Virus record (IMG/VR): IMGVR_UViG_3300016476_001281
Reading direction: 5' to 3' (one strand)
DNA length: 64,000 nt
Source: a virus
Lineage: Duplodnaviria; Heunggongvirae; Uroviricota; Caudoviricetes
Numbering within the stretch: the stretch's first letter is position 1; the number at the start of each line of letters is the position of its first letter. Positions 57,559 to 64,000 of this stretch are shown here, one piece after another. The notes beneath the pieces are model-generated. The model ran no database searches, was not told the DNA's origin, and worked only from the letters and a program-made list of their open reading frames with translations. The translations under genes and the position numbers were made by a program.

Positions 57559-60228
57559 TTATGTTGTTGTTATTGTTACTGTTGTTACATTACCCCAAGT
57601 ATTATCTGCATTTGCAACATATACATAATAAGGTAATGAATTACCACTTAATGTTGTAATAGTTAAAGTGCTAGTTGCTCTTGTAAAAGCACCAAGTGAG
57701 TTTATAGCAGAACCTATATATGTTAATGATGTAAGAACTCCTAATGTAGAAGGATATGCAAATACTAATCTTGAACCAGCACCACCATCACTTGCAACAA
57801 ATGTTTGTGCTTTTCCACCAAGCTTATAATTACCAAGTCCTTCAATTTGACTCGCAGTTAAACCATCAACATCAACTTGTGATATATTTGATGATACTGG
57901 ACCAACATTCAAATACCCATAATAAAATAAGTAGCTAAATGTTATTTTTGTATTAACTGATAAACTATCACTTCCTGTTGCAGCAATTACTTGTGAACCT
58001 GATACAATTAAACCTGTTTTTGGTTTAGTTATTGTTGTTGTATAAGTAGTGTTAGTTGCTATATTAGCAATAGATAAAGTTGCACTAACTACTGGGTATG
58101 TTGTACCAGTAAATGTAAAATTACCTGTTCTTGTTGTAGGTGTAGAGAAACCAGTAGTTGCAGCAGGAATACTACTTGTACCAGTAAATGATACTTTACA
58201 ACCAACTGGTACAGTAACATTGTTTGATGTACTAAATGTTCCTATAGTTACTCCATCAATTGCAGTAGGTCCAAATGGTGTTGTACCATCATACTTAAAT
58301 ATATTCCATCTTGATGTAATTACTGGTGTAACTAATGAAGTTGCAGCTAAATCTATTTCAACTTGTTGATTATTAATTTTACCCATTAACTTTGATGGTG
58401 TTGTACTTGGTAAATCTCCTTGAAATACTAATCCACTCTCAGGAGTAAATGAAGTTGATAATCTATCATATTTAAAGTTATCAAACACTAAATTATCTTG
58501 TGATATAGCTGTTGAGCTTGGTAAGTTATATTGTGCAGATAGATTGTTCATAGTAATATTAGTTTGTAAAGAACCTCTAAAATTAATATTCTCATTATAT
58601 GAGTTTATGATATTTTGAGAACCAATACCTTTATTATTACTAATATCATAGATATTACCCCATTGAAATGCCTTAATAGGATGATAAAGAGAATTAATAG
58701 CTAAGAATGTATCAATATTTGATTTACTTGTACTAACTATATTTGTATTTCCTTCATTTCTATAAACTATTCTATTATTCTTCCAATCATATTTAATCTT
58801 ATCATATGATACTGAATAATTAATTTCATCAAATTGTACTTGTGACCAATTAACACCACTTAAAGAGAATATATTTGATGGTGTACCTGTTACTCCATTT
58901 ATACTAGTCCAAGTATAACCACCCCAAATTACTTTACTACCAATTGAATAAGATGATGATGTACTAAATATACCAAATCCTGTAGTAAGTTGGTCATATT
59001 TTGGATTATAGAATTTACCTATACCTTCTTCATTTAATATACCATTTGAATTTGTTGTTAAGTAAATTTCAGTTCCACCATATAGTGAAATATCTGCATC
59101 TGTTATAACATAAGTTGTATCAACTTCAAAAGTTCCATTTAGTAATACAAATGTAGCATAATCTAAAGTAACTAAATTTAGTGTAGCAGATACACCACCC
59201 CAAGTTACATTCCCAGAACCATCAGTTTTTAATACTTGTCCAATAGTACCATCATTAGAAGGTAATTTATATGCATTATTAACATTAACATTATTACCAA
59301 GATACACAGTATTATCTTCTGTTGCAATTAAATTTTGTCCACCAATAACAACTGAGTTTTTAATACTTGCAGTTGCAGTTGAATTTCTAGTTGAAACATA
59401 TGTAATTCCAGTATCTACATCAGGTGTACTTGATGCAGTTGCACTATCTTTTATAAATATACCATTCTGTGTAAATATAACAGAACTTGTTGATGATATT
59501 AAACCTATAACATTATTATCATTATATGAGATAACATCATTATTTTCAGTAAATTTAATTTGTCCTGATCCTTTTGAACCTTTTATTACTTTACCATCTT
59601 GAATTATTAAATAAGGAACATAAACAGAATTGTTTTCAGTTGCATTTATATTTTGACCACCAATAACAACAGTATTAACAAGACCAGAATCAATAGTAGA
59701 ATTGTCAGTTGAAATCAATGCAGATAATTTAGCACCTGCACCTGATGATAATTGACCAAATTGTAATGTAGATAAATTGTTTAGTAATAATTCATATGAG
59801 TTTGTACTTAAAGTTTGTTTATTAGTGTCAGACCATTTAGTAGTTATACCATCATTATCTATTCTAAAACTTTTACTAACACCATTTCCTAAAATAGCAT
59901 TTCCTGAGTTTAAATATAAATATGATTCTACATAACCACCTTCATCAGTTGTCAATGATATTACACCACTATCCATTGATAATTTATTAGTTCCTTTTGT
60001 TATAGAACTATCCAAAATAATAGAATTTGTACCTGTAGAATTACCTAATCCTAAAGTTGTTGACAATGATGCACCACCACCTATTGTACCTATAATAGTA
60101 ACATTACCAAGGTAATCCATTTGTGATAGCAAATCTGTATTTACATCATATCCTACTACATAACCACCTTGTTCAGGAAGTTCAATTGTACTAAAATCTA
60201 TTTTTTCACCAAAGACAACTAAAGCCAT
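57559..60228 (-). CDS. tail fibre-like structural protein (third gene of the tandem fibre operon)
   Basis: 889 aa, rich in G, S, T and N. The reverse complement of 60250-60261 carries the TTAATATATAAG box about 21 nt upstream of the ATG. Confidence 0.45.
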   Translation of the reverse strand: MALVVFGEKIDFSTIELPEQGGYVVGYDVNTDLLSQMDYLGNVTIIGTIGGGASLSTTLGLGNSTGTNSIILDSSITKGTNKLSMDSGVISLTTDEGGYVESYLYLNSGNAILGNGVSKSFRIDNDGITTKWSDTNKQTLSTNSYELLLNNLSTLQFGQLSSGAGAKLSALISTDNSTIDSGLVNTVVIGGQNINATENNSVYVPYLIIQDGKVIKGSKGSGQIKFTENNDVISYNDNNVIGLISSTSSVIFTQNGIFIKDSATASSTPDVDTGITYVSTRNSTATASIKNSVVIGGQNLIATEDNTVYLGNNVNVNNAYKLPSNDGTIGQVLKTDGSGNVTWGGVSATLNLVTLDYATFVLLNGTFEVDTTYVITDADISLYGGTEIYLTTNSNGILNEEGIGKFYNPKYDQLTTGFGIFSTSSSYSIGSKVIWGGYTWTSINGVTGTPSNIFSLSGVNWSQVQFDEINYSVSYDKIKYDWKNNRIVYRNEGNTNIVSTSKSNIDTFLAINSLYHPIKAFQWGNIYDISNNKGIGSQNIINSYNENINFRGSLQTNITMNNLSAQYNLPSSTAISQDNLVFDNFKYDRLSTSFTPESGLVFQGDLPSTTPSKLMGKINNQQVEIDLAATSLVTPVITSRWNIFKYDGTTPFGPTAIDGVTIGTFSTSNNVTVPVGCKVSFTGTSSIPAATTGFSTPTTRTGNFTFTGTTYPVVSATLSIANIATNTTYTTTITKPKTGLIVSGSQVIAATGSDSLSVNTKITFSYLFYYGYLNVGPVSSNISQVDVDGLTASQIEGLGNYKLGGKAQTFVASDGGAGSRLVFAYPSTLGVLTSLTYIGSAINSLGAFTRATSTLTITTLSGNSLPYYVYVANADNTWGNVTTVTITTT

Positions 60229-60249
60229 AATTAAATCTATATTATTTTG

Positions 60250-60261
60250 TATCTTATATAT
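60250..60261 (-). promoter_or_regulatory. conserved phage box TTAATATATAAG (minus strand) upstream of the fibre operon
   Basis: The reverse complement of 60247-60266 reads AATTAATATATAAGATACAA. Confidence 0.4.
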
Positions 60262-60269
60262 TAATTTTT

Positions 60270-60277
60270 TATATTTG
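60270..60277 (+). promoter_or_regulatory. Bacteroidetes -7 box TATATTTG (divergent from the fibre-operon promoter)
   Basis: TAnnTTTG lies 5 nt before the ATG at 60282. Confidence 0.4.
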
Positions 60278-60281
60278 TAAA

Positions 60282-60809
60282 ATGATTTTAACTAAAGAAC
60301 AAATAGAAGATAAAAGGAAAATAAGTAAATTAGTTACTTATAATGGTGATTTTATTAAAAAACACTATGAGAAATATGATTATCTAAAAGCTAATGTAAA
60401 TACTGGTAAATTCTTTCTATATGAAGTTACTGAAACAATAAAAAGAATTGAAGGTGATTATCAAGAAAGACTATACTATCCAAAACTTGGATTACATATT
60501 GATGATTATATGGTTGATATGGCTATTGAAGTTGAATGGGTTGATGTAAGAAGAACCTGGGAAAATAACACTCAATATGAATGGATATATGAAGGTGATG
60601 GAAAAACTTACAAAAGTTGGGCAGATGATCAAAGGTCAGAATTAAGAACTTGTATCTGTTGGGATGATTCAATGTATGTTTATGGAGTATGGGATGTTAA
60701 ACCAACGTGGAAAGAATTGAAATTAGCATATGAACAAACTCTTTGGTTCAGAAGAAGTGATGAAGAAATAAGAGACATAAAATTAAAAAGAATATTAGGA
60801 AATGTCTAG
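60282..60809 (+). CDS. hypothetical protein
   Basis: 175-aa ORF. Confidence 0.4.
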   Translation: MILTKEQIEDKRKISKLVTYNGDFIKKHYEKYDYLKANVNTGKFFLYEVTETIKRIEGDYQERLYYPKLGLHIDDYMVDMAIEVEWVDVRRTWENNTQYEWIYEGDGKTYKSWADDQRSELRTCICWDDSMYVYGVWDVKPTWKELKLAYEQTLWFRRSDEEIRDIKLKRILGNV

Positions 60810-61062
60810 TCAAGAAGTAATTGATAAAATAATTGAACTTAAACATCTTGGTATTAAAGAGCAACAATTTGAAGTATGTTCACACCTAAGAGATATTGAG
60901 AATGCATTTACTAATAGTAAGCATGCAAAAGTTCATATTGAACCTACAGAAGAAAATCTAAAAATAGAGCTTACTAAGATGCTTGAATATTTTAAAAAGT
61001 TTAATACAAAAAGTCAAGTAATTAGAGACATAAAATTAATGTTATTATTAGGTGAAATCTAA
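60802..61062 (+). CDS. hypothetical protein
   Basis: 86-aa ORF. Confidence 0.35.
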   Translation: MSSQEVIDKIIELKHLGIKEQQFEVCSHLRDIENAFTNSKHAKVHIEPTEENLKIELTKMLEYFKKFNTKSQVIRDIKLMLLLGEI

Positions 61063-61092
61063 AAATGGTTTCACTTTTTTTATATATAATCT

Positions 61093-61563
61093 ATGAAACA
61101 TTTGAGAAAATTTAATGAAGCAGTTACTACTGATATGTTGAAAAATACAACTCCTGGTAGAACTTGTTTTAGAGATACAAGAGAGAAAAAATCTTTATAT
61201 TCATCTAATGAATATAGACTATCAGGCTATCTATATGTATATGATTTCTCTGATGGTGGTAGAGTTTTTGCTGCTGTTCCTAAAGAATTAGCAAATGCGG
61301 TTAGTGGATCAGGTGTTGCAGGTTGTATTTGTAATCTAAAAGATATTGAAATACTTGAAAGGGAAACTCCTTGGACAGATGAATGTATTGAAAGTGAAGT
61401 TAAAAGTCAACAAAGAAGAGCTGAATCTGAAAAAGGAAAATATGAGTTAATTAAGAAGATTGAAGATGCATATGGTAAAGGTCTTACAGAAGCTGAATAT
61501 CAAGATATAGCTATAGAAATTGCAATAAATAGTACAATGAAAAAATTTAGGAATCAAAAATAA
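61093..61563 (+). CDS. hypothetical protein
   Basis: 156-aa ORF. Confidence 0.4.
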   Translation: MKHLRKFNEAVTTDMLKNTTPGRTCFRDTREKKSLYSSNEYRLSGYLYVYDFSDGGRVFAAVPKELANAVSGSGVAGCICNLKDIEILERETPWTDECIESEVKSQQRRAESEKGKYELIKKIEDAYGKGLTEAEYQDIAIEIAINSTMKKFRNQK

Positions 61564-61567
61564 TTTG

Positions 61568-61575
61568 TATCTTTG
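61568..61575 (+). promoter_or_regulatory. Bacteroidetes -7 box TATCTTTG
   Basis: TAnnTTTG lies 25 nt before the ATG at 61600. Confidence 0.35.
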
Positions 61576-61599
61576 TAGAAGAAAAATAAACTAAAAGTC

Positions 61600-61896
61600 A
61601 TGATTGATTGGAACAAAATAGATTATAACAAAGAGTTAAATATTGAACTAATTGAAGGTGAAAATGTAGTAACTATAACTGCAACCCTAGCAGAGTATGA
61701 ATGGAGTCCTCATAGAGTACCTGCTATAGCAGATATTAAAATACTTAAAACCAATGATGAAAGATTTATACCTGGTGACATTTTAAGATTTCCTATTATC
61801 ACTAAGGATGTTTCTGAACCATTTTTAGTATCTTGTCCAAGACCAGGCAAACCTTGTAATGAACTTAGATTAAAAGCTAAAATAGTTCTTAATTAA
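61600..61896 (+). CDS. hypothetical protein
   Basis: 98-aa ORF. Confidence 0.4.
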   Translation: MIDWNKIDYNKELNIELIEGENVVTITATLAEYEWSPHRVPAIADIKILKTNDERFIPGDILRFPIITKDVSEPFLVSCPRPGKPCNELRLKAKIVLN

Positions 61897-62252
61897 TACT
61901 TAGGTAAATTCATATCAGTAGTAATCTCAATCTTAAATCCAAATCCAGTATCTGAATCAGATCCATATCTTACTTCTGAATCATAACCATTTTGACCATT
62001 AAATGTAACAGGTTTAGGACCCATCATTTGTTGATGTCTCCTAATCTGTTCTTGTTTTAGTCTTGCTTCTTCTTGAGCAACCATTTGGTCAAAAGTTAAA
62101 CCTTGTTCTTTAGGTTGTTGAACTTGAGGTCTTGTTGAAAAACTTTGATCTACATTATACTTTCTAAGTAATTGTTCAGCTTCCCATCCTGATACTTCTA
62201 CTGGTTTACTTTCCTCTGATTGAGGTTCTATAATTCTTACTTCTGGTCTCAT
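61893..62252 (-). CDS. hypothetical protein
   Basis: 119-aa ORF convergent with the previous gene. Confidence 0.4.
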   Translation of the reverse strand: MRPEVRIIEPQSEESKPVEVSGWEAEQLLRKYNVDQSFSTRPQVQQPKEQGLTFDQMVAQEEARLKQEQIRRHQQMMGPKPVTFNGQNGYDSEVRYGSDSDTGFGFKIEITTDMNLPKY

Positions 62253-62974
62253 ACTACATTTTGTAATTTTATTCTCTTATAAACTGTTTTATTATTATCT
62301 CTAGGTACTGATATTATAATTGGTAATTTATTAACATCATAATTATATGTTTTAACAAAAACCCCTTTTTCTGTTTCTCCATAATTATCAAAATAATTGT
62401 TTAAAAACATTTTGGTTGAACCTTCAATACCATTATCACTAAATATTTTAATTATTTTATCTGCTAATTTTTTTTGATAATCAGGATTAATTGGTTCTTT
62501 AAGATAGATTCCTAATTCATTTCTATTATATGATGTATTCAACACTAAAATATCATCAACTTTTTCATCATCTATTAATCTAAGTAGATATTTCTTACCT
62601 ATTGTTATAGATAAATTGGTTGATGTCATTAACTTATCATTTAATAATAAAAAAGACAACTTAACATTACCTACTGTATTTACATTAGCTTTATAAGAGA
62701 TATTATTAAATCTACTTTCTATTTGTTGAACTGCAACATCAATATCTAAAAGTGCTTCTTGCCAAACTACACTCTTTTTAATATATTCATCTAACTTCCA
62801 AATAATATTAGTTGGTAATATTGTTTTTATCTCTATAAAAATCTCTTTATCTTTCTTTTCAATTATTACATTATAATCATCTGATAGATATGCAAATGTA
62901 TCATTTATGTAATTAAATAACATATCTTCCTCTGATACACTCTCATTAAATGTCAAAAATTTACTTATCATCAA
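62249..62974 (-). CDS. hypothetical protein
   Basis: 241-aa ORF. Confidence 0.4.
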   Translation of the reverse strand: MMISKFLTFNESVSEEDMLFNYINDTFAYLSDDYNVIIEKKDKEIFIEIKTILPTNIIWKLDEYIKKSVVWQEALLDIDVAVQQIESRFNNISYKANVNTVGNVKLSFLLLNDKLMTSTNLSITIGKKYLLRLIDDEKVDDILVLNTSYNRNELGIYLKEPINPDYQKKLADKIIKIFSDNGIEGSTKMFLNNYFDNYGETEKGVFVKTYNYDVNKLPIIISVPRDNNKTVYKRIKLQNVV

Positions 62975-63021
62975 CCTAAACTATATTTTGTACTATATAT
63001 ATTAAAATTATTTATTTATAA

Positions 63022-63876
63022 ATGAAGATTAAAAATGTATTAAGTTTATTTGATGGTATGTCCTGTGGACAAATTGCTTTAAACAAATTAGGTATTGAAT
63101 ATGAAAACTATTATGCATCTGAAATTGATGAAGCAGCAATGTCTGTAACACAACATAATTATCCAAATACTATTCAAATGGGTAGTATAACAGAATTAAA
63201 AAGTGTACAACTACCTAAAATAGATTTATTGTTTGGTGGATCACCTTGTCAATCTTTCTCAAATGCTGGTAATGGATCTGGATTTGATGGTAAATCAGGA
63301 TTATTCTATGAATATGTTAGATTACTTAAAGAATGTAAACCTACATACTTCTTACTTGAAAATGTTAAGATGAAAAAAGAATGGCAAGATATTATATCAG
63401 AAGAATTAGGAGTTCAACCTATAAAGATTAATTCAAATCTTGTAAGTGCTCAAAATAGAGAAAGACTTTATTGGACTAATATACCTGTTGTTGGTCAACC
63501 AGAAGATAAACAGATTTACATTGAAGATATACTTGATACTAACTTTGATGATAAATATTGGTTGAAAGAAAGAAATGCTCAATTACTTTCTAATAAAGTT
63601 AATATAGAAGGAGCACCTGATATTTGTTGTATTGATGTTTATAACAAGAAGTTTAAGAAAGATAGAAAAAGTCCTACATTAACTTTACCACATCACAATT
63701 CATTAAGATTATTACAAGATGGTAAGTTTAGAAAGCTAACACCAAATGAGTGTGAGAGATTACAAACAGTTCCTGTGGATTATACAAATACTGGAATAGC
63801 AGACATTCATAGATACTCTATGTTAGGTAATGGTTGGACAGTAGATGTAATTGCTTTTATTTTTTCTTTTATATAG
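63022..63876 (+). CDS. DNA (cytosine-5)-methyltransferase
   Basis: Motif I LFDGMSCG, motif IV GGSPCQSFSNAG (PCQ), motif VI ENV (LLENVKM) and motif X GNGWTV are all present. Confidence 0.8.
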   Translation: MKIKNVLSLFDGMSCGQIALNKLGIEYENYYASEIDEAAMSVTQHNYPNTIQMGSITELKSVQLPKIDLLFGGSPCQSFSNAGNGSGFDGKSGLFYEYVRLLKECKPTYFLLENVKMKKEWQDIISEELGVQPIKINSNLVSAQNRERLYWTNIPVVGQPEDKQIYIEDILDTNFDDKYWLKERNAQLLSNKVNIEGAPDICCIDVYNKKFKKDRKSPTLTLPHHNSLRLLQDGKFRKLTPNECERLQTVPVDYTNTGIADIHRYSMLGNGWTVDVIAFIFSFI

Positions 63877-64000
63877 ATTATGTACCTTTCATTACATTTT
63901 TTAACTTATCCATTTCCTTATCAACCTGGTCTAATTTAGCCTTAGAATCATTAAAAATAATTTCATACTGGTCAAAATTAATATTTTGACCCTTTATGTC

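Overview
This is an AT-rich dsDNA bacteriophage region, probably a large or jumbo phage of a Bacteroidetes (Flavobacteriia-like) host. The host inference rests on several genes being preceded by the Bacteroidetes sigma-A -7 box TAnnTTTG. All calls are by eye from the sequence and ORF track, with no database searches.

Virion genes dominate three stretches:
- 1-11.9 kb (minus strand): a tail-collar 'MPxHxH' protein, a 1333-aa and a 1651-aa repeat protein, and an FN3 protein ending in a Hint/intein-like domain.
- 25.7-33.9 kb (minus): two more giant proteins of 1411 and 1066 aa.
- 51.3-60.2 kb (minus): three tandem fibre-like genes with YadA-head-like NTAIGxxAL repeats.

Between them are enzyme and regulator genes. 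The replication and modification set includes:
- NAD-dependent DNA ligase, a Toprim primase, a Dam-like N6-adenine methyltransferase and a C5-cytosine methyltransferase.
- thioredoxin, a sigma-70-family sigma factor, a Sir2-family protein next to an HD-domain protein, an M16 (HxxEH) peptidase-like protein and a flotillin/SPFH-like membrane protein.

The most unusual content is a scattered set of translation-associated genes:
- a ribosomal bL12 (L7/L12)-like protein, a multi-S1-domain bS1-like protein, SmpB, and a YqeY/GatB-like protein.
- a tRNA array of about 15 genes at 49.1-51.3 kb (Lys x3, Phe x2-3, Trp, His, Arg, Ser x3). It is interrupted by an HTH-HNH homing-endonuclease gene and by two promoter-sORF-terminator mini-cassettes. 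Five of the tRNAs carry 12-19-nt expansions.

Other features:
- a conserved TTAATATATA(A/G) box just upstream of many start codons, a candidate phage late promoter.
- a GC-richer candidate structured RNA at about 46.98-47.13 kb, between smpB and yqeY.
- an (SP)15 linker encoded by a hexamer microsatellite.
- several rho-independent terminators.

No tmRNA, rRNA or CRISPR array was recognised.
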